The position numbers were made by a program, and so were the translations under genes. Source: an uncultured Acidimicrobiales bacterium (GTDB lineage Bacteria; Actinomycetota; Acidimicrobiia; Acidimicrobiales; UBA10347). Taken from it: 64,000 nucleotides of DNA. The notes beneath the pieces are model-generated. The model was not told where the DNA came from. It saw only the letters and a list, made by a program, of their open reading frames with translations, and did not search any database. The stretch covers positions 1 to 64,000 of the forward strand of contig CALSSD010000005.1 in assembly GCA_943788915.1 (NCBI GenBank). The letters run 5' to 3'. This document shows, in pieces, positions 42,228 to 51,389 of this stretch (positions within the stretch are counted from its first letter, which is position 1; every line of letters starts with the position of its first letter).

Positions 42228-42774
42228 CTAGTCAAGCGTCGCGTAGTTGGTCGAGCGATCCCCGGCCTTGGCTCCGCCGACTTCGGCCACACCTTCGTTG
42301 AGCGCCTTGATGGAGTCATCGATCACACCGGTCTGAGAGTTCGACACGGTCGAGTGCAGATTGTCTGGCGGCGTGTGCCGGTCGTGCAACCAGCCCCGAC
42401 TTGCCAGTGCATCGACCAAGGCAAATGCATCTATGGGATCAGGATCGTCGGGATGAGCACTCATGGCGATCAGATGACGACCACCGTCGCCCAACACCTG
42501 CAATTGGTCGATCTCGGCGATACCTGCACGCATCTCATCGGCGTTGGCCAACGTCGTCTTCACCAGGTCGACGTACCCGTTCAGACCCACGAACTCCATG
42601 ACGGCCACGCCGTAGCCATCAGTAGACCTGATCGTATGCCTTACAAGTTGGGCGATGCGTAGAGAGCGGCCCGAAGGCCCGGCCGTCTTCCCAAGGCACG
42701 TCGTGGTCACGTTTCGACACCAATGCGTCGATGACCTAGTCGGATGATTGCCCGCTTTTGCTCAGTCCTGCCAT
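42228..42774 (-). pseudogene. Sphingosine-1-phosphate-lyase-like PLP enzyme with internal deletion and nonsense codon
   Basis: N-terminus MAGLSKSGQSSD*VIDALVSKRDHDVPWEDGRAFG (TACAGT-N6-ATG at 42774) lies about 60 nt from the C-terminal part AVMEFVGLNGY...ALASRGWLHDRHTPPDNLHSTV...NYATLD. The PLP-binding core is missing. Confidence 0.65.
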
Positions 42775-42863
42775 GTCTCGACTGTACGACAAGTGTGCAC
42801 TCTTCTGGGGAGTACACACCCCGTCACGTGGCGCGATTGCGGTTGATAGGCCATCATGTGACC

Positions 42864-44438
42864 ATGACCACATCAACGACTATTGGTGAACTAATTCGTA
42901 AGCACGCCGAGGAGCATCCCGACAAGGTTGCCTTGTTGCAAGACGACTACTCACGTACCTACCAACAGCTCCATGAAGAATCCAACCAGGTGGCACAGGC
43001 GATGCTGGCAGCGGGGGTCGGAAACCAGGACCGGGTGGCCTTCCTGGACAAGAACGTGCCCGAATACTTCACCATGTTGTTTGGTGCAGCAAAGATAAAT
43101 GCCGTCTCCGTTGCGGTGAACTGGCGGCTCGCACCGCCGGAGATGGCATACATCCTGAATCACTCGAAGATCAAGGTGCTGTTCATTGGCGACGAGTTTC
43201 TCGATCATCTCGCCAAGATGGATCTGCAGGGTGATCCCACTATCGTCGTTCTCGGCACGTCCGACACCTATGTGACCTACGAAGACTGGATCGCCAGCCA
43301 GCCGGCCATCGATCCCATGGCGCCATCGGCACCCGAGGACACGTGTTACCAGCTCTACACCTCGGGCACGACCGGCCTTCCCAAGGGCGTCGAGCTCACC
43401 AACAACAACTTCTTCGGCATGATGCCGGTCGCCAGTGAGATGTGGAGCTTCGATACCGACTCGGTGAACCTGGTCGCCATGCCACTTTTCCACATCGCCG
43501 GCAGTGGCTGGGGAGTTGTCGGGTTGTTTAACGGCGGCACCAACATCTTGATGAAAGATGTCGACCCGGTAGCGATTCTGGACATCATCCCCCAACACCG
43601 CGTGACCAACGTGTTGTTCGTGCCAGCCGTCATTCAGTTTCTGCTGATGATGCCCAACCTTGCCACCACCGACTTCTCCAGTCTGCGAGCGGTCATGTAC
43701 GGCGCTTCGCCAATCACCGAGGACGTGCTCGTCGGTGGCATGAATGCTCTCGGTTGCGACTTCCGTCAGGTGTATGGCCTGACCGAAACCACCGGTGCGG
43801 TCACCCAACTCGAGATGGAAGACCATGACCCGGGCGGTCCTCGCGCTCATCTGCTGCGTTCCGCTGGCAAACCAATCCCCGGCACGTCGTTGCGGATCGT
43901 CGACGAACAAGGCAACGAACTTCCCGATGGTGAAGTTGGCGAGATCTGGGTCCACAGCACCCAGAATCTCAAGGCCTATTACGCCGACCCCGAAGCGACG
44001 GCCAAGGCGTTTCCCGAAGGGCGCGACGAAAACGGTATGGGCTGGTTCGCAACCGGTGATGCCGGGTACATGCAAGACGGCTACCTGTTCATCCACGACC
44101 GCATCAAGGACATGATCGTGTCTGGTGGCGAAAACATCTATCCCGCCGAAATCGAGAACGCTCTGATGTCGCATCCAGGTATTGCCGACGTCGCGGTGAT
44201 CGGCGTGCCCGACGACAAATGGGGCGAGTCCGTCAAGGCCATCGTGGTGCGGGTGCCCGATGCCGACGGCACATCCGACGACGAGATCATCGAATACTGC
44301 CGGGAACGGTTGGCTGGTTACAAGATCCCTCGGTCGGTGACCGAGATCGAAGCACTACCCCGCAACCCCAGCGGCAAGATCTTGAAGACCGAACTACGCA
44401 AGCCCTACTGGGAGGGCAAGGAGCGCATGGTTAACTAG
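42864..44438 (+). CDS. Long-chain fatty acid-CoA ligase (AMP-binding)
   Basis: YTSGTTGLPKG, YGLTET, TGD, DRIKDMIVSGGENIYPAEIE, PRNPSGKILK. Confidence 0.95.
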   Translation: MTTSTTIGELIRKHAEEHPDKVALLQDDYSRTYQQLHEESNQVAQAMLAAGVGNQDRVAFLDKNVPEYFTMLFGAAKINAVSVAVNWRLAPPEMAYILNHSKIKVLFIGDEFLDHLAKMDLQGDPTIVVLGTSDTYVTYEDWIASQPAIDPMAPSAPEDTCYQLYTSGTTGLPKGVELTNNNFFGMMPVASEMWSFDTDSVNLVAMPLFHIAGSGWGVVGLFNGGTNILMKDVDPVAILDIIPQHRVTNVLFVPAVIQFLLMMPNLATTDFSSLRAVMYGASPITEDVLVGGMNALGCDFRQVYGLTETTGAVTQLEMEDHDPGGPRAHLLRSAGKPIPGTSLRIVDEQGNELPDGEVGEIWVHSTQNLKAYYADPEATAKAFPEGRDENGMGWFATGDAGYMQDGYLFIHDRIKDMIVSGGENIYPAEIENALMSHPGIADVAVIGVPDDKWGESVKAIVVRVPDADGTSDDEIIEYCRERLAGYKIPRSVTEIEALPRNPSGKILKTELRKPYWEGKERMVN

Positions 44439-44451
44439 CGCTCGCCACCGG

Positions 44452-44484
44452 TATCCGGTATCGCACGACTATCCCGTATCGCAC
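44452..44484 (+). repeat. Imperfect 15-bp direct repeat, period 18
   Basis: TATCCGGTATCGCAC at 44452-44466 and TATCCCGTATCGCAC at 44470-44484. Confidence 0.5.
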
Positions 44485-44671
44485 AGCGTCGGCGCTTGCT
44501 CGAACCGGCAAAAGAACGACGCGAAGTCATTACGCGTTCACACAATGGCGAAGCGGTGGCCGATCGGCACAACATCGTCAATCAGGACTTTGGAGTCGAG
44601 GCCGCAACCAGCTGGCCAAGCTGCGCACGACCATCATCGTGCGCTCCATTATCTGACCGGAACTGCCGGAA

Positions 44672-45502
44672 CTAGCGGCCAGCTTCGATCGGTTCGGCAT
44701 CCCACAGCTGGACCTGTTTCGGGTCACCGTACAGCAGCTCAGCCGGACTCTTCTTTTCGATGTTTCCGGTCAGCCCGCGGTACATACCCAGCCCGCACAA
44801 CTGCCGCAGCTGGGGGCTGAACGTGGCCATGACCTCGGTCGGGATTCCTAGCTGCTGGTTCTCTTGCTGGCGGATGAACCCTGCGCAATAGTTCATGGCC
44901 ACGCCGATACGGACCTCGTCGGTGGTTACGTTGGCACCGCCGCCATGCCACGTGCTGCCATGCCACACCAAAACGCTGCCCTTGGGCATCTCGGCCGGAA
45001 TGGTGTCGACGTTGGCATCACCAGCGAAGTAGTCAGGGTTGTCCCATAGGTGACTGCCGGGCACGAGCCGAGTGGCACCGTTTGCTTCGGTGAAGTCGGT
45101 GAGCGCCCACATAGAGTTGCAGACCGTGGCGACATGTGGCTTGGTCAGCGGCTGCACCTGATCGTCGGCGTGAATAACTTGTGCGGTTTCACCTGGACCG
45201 AGCGAGATCGATGCCAGGCTTGACACCAAACACTCGGCGCCAAGGACACCCTCGATCAACTCAAGCACGACCGGGTGCGGCGGCACCTTCTGCCAGATCT
45301 CGCCGTATGCCAGCAGGTTGTACGTACGGGTTGTGCGATTGCCTTCGAAGCGATTGTCGGCAGGTCGACTGTCGAGCTCGGCTTCGAGGCGTTGCACATC
45401 CTCGACGAGCGCATCGATCAGTTCAGGCTCGATCGCATTTTCGACGATGGTGTACCCCTCGTCGGCGAGCTGCTGATGGTGCGGGGCCAGGTCGATAGGC
45501 AT
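44672..45502 (-). CDS. Phytanoyl-CoA dioxygenase (PhyH) family protein
   Basis: IHADD, ALTDFTEANGATRLVPGSH, WHGGGAN, RQQEN. Confidence 0.92.
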   Translation of the reverse strand: MPIDLAPHHQQLADEGYTIVENAIEPELIDALVEDVQRLEAELDSRPADNRFEGNRTTRTYNLLAYGEIWQKVPPHPVVLELIEGVLGAECLVSSLASISLGPGETAQVIHADDQVQPLTKPHVATVCNSMWALTDFTEANGATRLVPGSHLWDNPDYFAGDANVDTIPAEMPKGSVLVWHGSTWHGGGANVTTDEVRIGVAMNYCAGFIRQQENQQLGIPTEVMATFSPQLRQLCGLGMYRGLTGNIEKKSPAELLYGDPKQVQLWDAEPIEAGR

Positions 45503-45532
45503 CCCCTCACCCTAGTTACCTATGGTGTCCGG

Positions 45533-46303
45533 ATGGATCTTGAACTACGCGGAAAACGCGCTTTGGTCACCGGCTCGTCAAAGGGGATCGGGTTCGGTGT
45601 TGCCGACACCCTGGCCGCCGAAGGTGTTGACCTCATCCTTGCATCGCGCACCAAGGTGAACCTGAACGCTGCCGCCGATCAGATTCGTGAAACACACGGC
45701 GTCGACGTGACCGCCGTGCCGTGTGATCTCTCGAAGTCCGAGGACCAAACCCGCCTGGCCGAGATCGCGTTGTCGGGACCACTCGACATCGTGATCAACA
45801 ATGCCGGAGCTATCCCCGGTGGGTCGCTGAGCTCGATCGACGAGGACACATGGCGCAAGGCGTGGGATCTCAAGGTGTTTGGTTACATCAACCTGACACG
45901 ACTGCTGCTCCCCCACTTCGAGGCCGCCGGGTCGGGCGTGATCCTGAACGTGATCGGCGCCGCTGCAGATCGGCCAAGTCCCGGATACATCGCTGGAGCA
46001 GCAGGTAACAGCGCGTTGGTTGGTTTCAGCAAGGCCATTGGTTCGACATCGCTGCGCAACGGGGTTCGGGTGTTGTGTGTAAACCCCGGCCTTACCATCA
46101 CCGACCGCATGACCGACATCTTGCGCGAACAAGCAGGTGCAAAATGGGACGATCCAGATCGTTGGGAAGAACTCATGCCTGACGACCCAGCGCCCGCCAC
46201 TGTCGCCCAGGTGGCCGATGTTGTTGTGTTCCTCGTGTCTGACCGTGCTGGCCACGTGACGGGCACGTCGATCACCATCGACGGCGGCAACAGCAGCCGT
46301 TAA
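45533..46303 (+). CDS. Short-chain dehydrogenase/reductase (atypical, no YxxxK)
   Basis: TGSSKGIG, NNAGAIPGG, WDLKVFGY, YIAGAAGN, IDGG. Confidence 0.9.
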   Translation: MDLELRGKRALVTGSSKGIGFGVADTLAAEGVDLILASRTKVNLNAAADQIRETHGVDVTAVPCDLSKSEDQTRLAEIALSGPLDIVINNAGAIPGGSLSSIDEDTWRKAWDLKVFGYINLTRLLLPHFEAAGSGVILNVIGAAADRPSPGYIAGAAGNSALVGFSKAIGSTSLRNGVRVLCVNPGLTITDRMTDILREQAGAKWDDPDRWEELMPDDPAPATVAQVADVVVFLVSDRAGHVTGTSITIDGGNSSR

Positions 46304-46361
46304 GTTCACAGTCGAAGGTGCAACCGGTCTACCTCGGTTGGACGCTCCAGAGGCATTTCTC

Positions 46362-47646
46362 ATGGAGCGCCTACCGCCGCTAGCACGACAGCTGAGCCGC
46401 CGCGAGTTCGTGTCGGCCGCAGCAGCGCTCGGTCTCAGCAGCGTAGGGGCATCGTGTAGCTCCGAGAGCTCCTCGGTGGCCCTTGCCTCGGAAGCAGCAG
46501 CAGAATCAAGGTCGGTTCCCGACCCGATCGACTATGTGATCACCCGGTGGCGTAAGACCGTTTTGCCCGAGGCTCCTATTCGTTCCTTGCCATTGACGCC
46601 AAGCCAGAGGATCGTGAGGTCATCGCCCAGCCCACCGGCGGCAGGCTGTTCTTCGCTGGCGAAGCAACCCACTCAGACTTTCCGGCCACCGTGCATGGTG
46701 CGCTGCTGTCGGGTCAGCGTGCCGCAGCGGAAATCATCGCTCAAGACGTCGAGTCGGTGATCATCATTGGCGCAGGTGTAGCCGGGCTCGCCGCTGCCAA
46801 ACATCTTGTCGCAGCCGGACGTGACGTTCAGGTCCTTGAGGCGCGCGATCGAATCGGAGCCGCGTTTGGACTGACCGCTCGCTTGGTGTCCCCCTCGATA
46901 TGGGTGCGTCATGGATCCATGGTGTTCGCGGGAATCCACTAACTGACCTCGCCGACGAACTGGATATCAAACGGGCAACAACCGACTACGGCAACCACAT
47001 CGTGCGCGACGCTCAGGGACGAATCGTTGATGAAGATGATCTACCCGAGGACTTTGAGGTCGTGACCTCGATCGAGCACGAGTACGCAGCCGATCATGCT
47101 GAACTCTCCCCCCAGGCCGACGATGAGGGCGATGAGTTCGGCGGCGGCGATGTACTTTTCCCCAGCGGATACTCAACGCTGATACGAGGCTTGGATACCG
47201 GGTTCCAGGTCAACCTCGGGGCCGAGGTTGACCTGGTCGACACGACCGGACCTACCGTCGGAGTCCATACGGCCGATGAAACATTCGCAGCAGAAGCGGT
47301 ATTAGTTACGGTGCCTCTCGGCGTGCTCAAGGCAGGCACAATCAACTTTGTGCCCGCGTTAAGTCCAGCCAGGCTCGGAGCGATCGACCGGCTCGGCATG
47401 GGACTCCTCAACAAGGTCTCTCTGCGCTTCCCATCGGTCTTCTGGGATGAGGATGCCGATCTCATTGGCTACGTCGGTCCGAAGCGGGGTTACTTCGCCG
47501 AGTGGTTAAACATTGCCAAATACACCGGCGAGCCCATCCTTGTGGGATTCAACGCATCAAGCGCTGCCGACGAGATCGAAGAACTCAGTGATACCGAAGT
47601 CATCGCGCAGGCGATGACAGCGCTTCGCAACATGTACGAAGGCTGA
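46362..47646 (+). CDS. Tat-exported, circularly permuted flavin monoamine/polyamine oxidase family protein; two frameshifts (about 46556 and 46860)
   Basis: SRREF twin-arginine and GASC, then ITRW..D.FARGSYS / LFFAGEAT / TVHGALLSGQRAA, then IIGAGVAGL / EARDRIG / GASWIHG / TVPLGVLK, ending ALRNMYEG*. Confidence 0.85.
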
Positions 47647-47735
47647 CCTTGCGATCGTCCAGACCCACTCGACTACGACCACGCTCCCGCCTGCGCACCA
47701 ACCCACCACCAGCGAAACCGCCGAGAACTTGCTGC

Positions 47736-48782
47736 TCACAAAACGAGGCGGGCGACGATTTCACCGTCCTCGATTTCGCCGGTGGGCTCGAACCCCATCG
47801 ATAGATAGAGCGGCCCAGGTGACCCCACACCTGGATTCCATGTGACGGTGATTGACTCACTTCCCCACGCTTTGGCCTGATCGATCACGGCCCCGAGCAC
47901 CTGTTTGCCGATTCCTCGACGTTGATGCAGCCGATCGATCAGAAGCCGCCACAGGTGAGGCTCGGGATTCGCTTCGGTTGGTTCCTGCATCATCACAAAA
48001 CCGACTGGTTCACCGTCGGCATGAATGACCCGGGGCCAGGGCACAACCCGGGGGTCTCCAGGCTTGCCGTCAAAGCCATGTTCGTAGGGAGGCACCGCGA
48101 CCTGGGCCAGCGAAATCACGATCGGGGTGACCATCCGCTCTTGTGAACGGTGTGTTCCGAGTGTGATCACCTGACGCAGACCCGTGGGGTACGGCTCCAC
48201 GAGTTCGATTGTCGAAGGACGAGTGCGTGGTCGTGAGTTCCACTCGGAGCGCTGCGCCGGGGTCATGCCATACAGCAGGTCATCGGAGACCTCGTCTTCG
48301 ATCCAACACGCGTTCTTGGCATGGCCTTCGTACACGAAACCACACGTCTCAAGCACCCGGGCCGACCGATGATTGTCAGGATGCAGCATGGCGTAGGCAC
48401 GCGAAATATCTTGGACATCAAAGAGCCAATCGAGCACGCCGGTAAGGGCCTCGCTTGCGAAACCCCGACCCCAATAGGCGGGTGTGATCGAATAGCCGAC
48501 GCCTGAAGTGCGGCCGTCGTCTTCAAGGAAGATGTTGATGTCGCCGTAGATAATTGAGTCGGTGGGGTCGGCGATCGTCAGCATCCACCCCGAGTCGACT
48601 ACGGGATCGTCACTCGCCATGGACCGCTCGATCTGCGTCTCCGCTCGCTCGAGCGAATACGGCATCGGCCAGTCCTGGAGCTCAGAGACAACCGGGTCGG
48701 CTCGGCGCTCGAACAAGGCCGTGGTATCTGAGACGCGAGCCGGCCGCAGCAGTAGCCGCTCCGTGGAGATGGGTGTGAACAT
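47736..48782 (-). CDS. Tandem GNAT N-acetyltransferase (RimJ/RimL-like plus second GNAT)
   Basis: TERLLLRP, YWGRGFASEA, NHRSARVLETCGF; second domain HQRRGIG, LYLSMGF. Confidence 0.88.
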   Translation of the reverse strand: MFTPISTERLLLRPARVSDTTALFERRADPVVSELQDWPMPYSLERAETQIERSMASDDPVVDSGWMLTIADPTDSIIYGDINIFLEDDGRTSGVGYSITPAYWGRGFASEALTGVLDWLFDVQDISRAYAMLHPDNHRSARVLETCGFVYEGHAKNACWIEDEVSDDLLYGMTPAQRSEWNSRPRTRPSTIELVEPYPTGLRQVITLGTHRSQERMVTPIVISLAQVAVPPYEHGFDGKPGDPRVVPWPRVIHADGEPVGFVMMQEPTEANPEPHLWRLLIDRLHQRRGIGKQVLGAVIDQAKAWGSESITVTWNPGVGSPGPLYLSMGFEPTGEIEDGEIVARLVL

Positions 48783-48830
48783 CTGTGCAGTCTCGCACCG
48801 CGCCCCGCACCAGCGTCACGATTTGTTCGT

Positions 48831-49838
48831 TCAGGGCAGTCGGTACGCCTCGGGGAACTCTTCGATTGTTTGCTCGGTACGACCCAGGAGGCTGAGCGCG
48901 TGCTCGACGACGGAGCGTTGGCGTTCGCCATCACCGGGGGCTCCGAGCGGTCGACCCATCGGGTGTTGGGTAATCAGGCTTCGGCTTAGACCCATGAGTT
49001 CGGGTATGTGGCCGAACGACTTCACGTAAACGCTCACTGTTGGCATGCCGGCTTCTTCCATTGCTCGCTGAACGTGTCCCACGGACACGTGACACACCGG
49101 TCAAATAGGTATGAGGAGCACCGCGTCGGCGCCCTGGTCTTTGGCGACCTGGGCCCAGGCGGGGCCGTACGTGCGCTTGATATGACCCTGCGCGGTTGCC
49201 CCCACGAATGAGTACGCGTTCTCGGTCAGACTTCCGATCACTCCCGCATCCACCAGCGAACGAAGATGTTCGAGTGGCAACACCACCTGGGGATCGATTG
49301 CCGCCGCTTGCACCGGATAACCACCGTGTCGAACACGAATGTCAGCCGCTGGTGTGTCCACAGGAATTGCCGACAGGCTTGCTTCGGATCGAACGAATTC
49401 GACGATGCGACTCTCGGCTTCGGCCTGGGTCATGTTGGTTTCGCCGAATGGTTCGGGATCGTCGCCTTCGACGAAATGACCGCTCGACGTCAGCACCATG
49501 ATCTTCGCTTCGTTCAGCGGTTTAGTGAACGCCGTGAGCGGGGTGTCGTCCTTGCGGTGGGGAAAGTCTTTTGGGTCACCGAGATGCCCGGCATAGGCCT
49601 GTACCTGCCACCGATAGGCGACATCGACGACATCGAGCGGGTCAGCGCCATCAGCAACGCGAGCGGTTGCGGCAAATAACTCGGATAAGAAATCACCGAA
49701 CTCGGCGTCGGACAGGTCCCGAGTGAACTTGAAGTTCAGGTCACTACGACTGCCATACATGAACGAGTTGCGGAGCTCCTGAATGGACTCGGGCTTGTCA
49801 TTGTCAGGGTTGTCATTGGCGGGAACGCTGTCGGACAT
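48831..49838 (-). CDS. GrdB/PrdB-family selenoprotein, 335 aa, predicted Sec246 (TGA at 49103-49101)
   Basis: ORFs 49101-49838 and 48831-49097 share a frame. Read-through gives AVLLIPI-U-PVCHVSVGHVQRAMEEAGMPTV...HPMGRPLG. N-half has KPLNEAKIMVLTSSG, HGGY, DPQVVLPL, YSFVG. A SECIS-like hairpin follows the TGA. Confidence 0.85.
49072..49090 (-). promoter_or_regulatory. Bacterial SECIS-like hairpin (gene 48831-49838)
   Basis: mRNA UGA-CCGGUGUGUC-ACGUGUCC-GUG-GGACACGU: perfect 8-bp stem starting 11 nt after UGA, G-containing apical loop. Confidence 0.8.
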
Positions 49839-49921
49839 GGTGCGACGTTACCCCACCGAATTTGCGTTCGAGAATCGTCCTCGTTCACGCCAGGCGTGGT
49901 CCGCCATCTACGCTCGGTGTC

Positions 49922-50725
49922 ATGGAATTGAATGATCGCATCTGTGTAGTCACCGGCGGCGGAAGCGGCATCGGCCGTGCGAGTGCGCATGCCTTCGCTG
50001 CCGAGGGAGCGCGGCTCGTTATCGTCGCTGACCTCGACGAGGCAAAGGCCGTCGAAGTTGCCGAGTCGATCGACGGGAACGCCCGGGGCGTGGGCCTCGA
50101 TGTAGCCGACGAAGCTGCGGTCACCAGTCTGTGTGAAACGATCGAGAACAACGACGGACCGATCGATCTCTTCTTCTCCAACGCTGGTTACGGCGCACCC
50201 GGTGGCCTCGATCTGTCGAACGACGCGTGGCAGCGGATGATGGACGTGCATATGACGTCGCACCTCACCGTCGCCCGTGCGCTCGTGCCCGGCATGGTCG
50301 CTCGGGGCGAGGGTTACCTCTTCAGCACTGCATCAGCTGCTGGCCTACTCACCCAGATCGACTCTGGCCCCTACGCCGTTTCCAAGGCTGCAGCCGTGGC
50401 CTTCGCCGAATGGCTCTCGATCAACTACGGCAACGCTGGCGTGAAGGTATCGGTGTTGTGTCCCCAGGCGGTGCGCACGAACATCATCGGCGACGACCTC
50501 GATGCGTGGGACAAGTTCGCATCGAGCGGACAGGCCAGCCAGGACGGAATCCTCGAGCCAGAAGATGTTGCACAGATGGTTGTGGACACGATCCGCAACG
50601 AGAACTTCCTGCTCCTCCCCCACGAGCAGGTCGGCACCTACATGCAACGCAAGGCTGCAGATCCGGACCGCTGGATCTCGGGCATGCAACGTTTCCACGC
50701 CCGCCTCGACGCCGCACGCGGCTAG
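49922..50725 (+). CDS. Short-chain dehydrogenase/reductase
   Basis: TGGGSGIG, SNAG, SAAG, YAVSK, CPQAVRT. TACGCT-N7-ATG. Confidence 0.92.
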   Translation: MELNDRICVVTGGGSGIGRASAHAFAAEGARLVIVADLDEAKAVEVAESIDGNARGVGLDVADEAAVTSLCETIENNDGPIDLFFSNAGYGAPGGLDLSNDAWQRMMDVHMTSHLTVARALVPGMVARGEGYLFSTASAAGLLTQIDSGPYAVSKAAAVAFAEWLSINYGNAGVKVSVLCPQAVRTNIIGDDLDAWDKFASSGQASQDGILEPEDVAQMVVDTIRNENFLLLPHEQVGTYMQRKAADPDRWISGMQRFHARLDAARG

Positions 50726-50749
50726 GTCCGCCCCAACTAGGTCCGCCCC
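50722..50749 (+). repeat. 13-bp perfect direct repeat CTAGGTCCGCCCC
   Basis: Copies at 50722-50734 and 50737-50749; the first overlaps the SDR stop codon. Confidence 0.7.
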
Positions 50750-50779
50750 CGACCGGGTCGCGGCGCGCCCGACGAGCAG

Positions 50780-50989
50780 ATGCAGGAAGCACTCGAAGAG
50801 TTGATGGCGATCGATGGCACCAAGAAACTCGCCATCAAACGCGCCTTCATTGCTGAAGTAACACGACGCCGCCGGAACCAAGGCCTACTCGATTGGATCG
50901 CCCTGTGGGAGTCCGAAGATGAACCCATCGATCAGGCTCATCTCAACTGCGCCGACTCGGTGTTGGATCGACAGGGTGTGCCCCGGTGA
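50780..50989 (+). CDS. Putative antitoxin (possibly degenerate)
   Basis: 69 aa with RRRRNQGLLDWIALWESEDEPI. GTGA overlap with the downstream PIN gene. Confidence 0.4.
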   Translation: MQEALEELMAIDGTKKLAIKRAFIAEVTRRRRNQGLLDWIALWESEDEPIDQAHLNCADSVLDRQGVPR

Positions 50990-51337
50990 TCGTCGACGCT
51001 GGGCCATTCATCGATAACGGACGGGTGAACACCAGATTGTTCGCGCTGCTCAAACGTGCAACCGAACGTGGTGAAGAACGCCACACCACCCACCCCATGT
51101 TGAGCCGGATCTGACGAGACCGTGGCCGACAGGTCCACCTGCAACGTGCATTGCGGGCCTTCACCACCCGTGCCCTCGACACTGCCGGGCCAGTCGGTTC
51201 ATTGCTCGGCACATCCCCCGTACGACGGACATCGCTGATGCACACCGAGCCACTGTGGCCCAAGCTTGGGCACGTTCATTGTCACAACTGATGCCGACGA
51301 CATGCGACGCCTCGGTGCACGTTTCGAGCAGTACTAG
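50986..51337 (+). pseudogene. PIN-domain (VapC-like) toxin pseudogene
   Basis: VIVDAGPFI...ALLKRATERGEE...HPMLSRI*(TGA 51112-51114)RDRGRQVHL...VGSLLG, then after frameshifts TTDIADAH and IVTTDADDMRRL to TAG 51335-51337. Confidence 0.65.
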
Positions 51338-51389
51338 CTCACTGGAGAACCAGCACTGTTTCCGCCAACACCGTCTGAGCTAGCCATTC

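Noticed and set aside
51112..51114. In-frame TGA in the PIN gene as a third Sec codon
   Set aside because: The position corresponds to a likely Trp (TGG to TGA). There is no UxxC context and no matching hairpin at +11, and the gene has further frameshifts.
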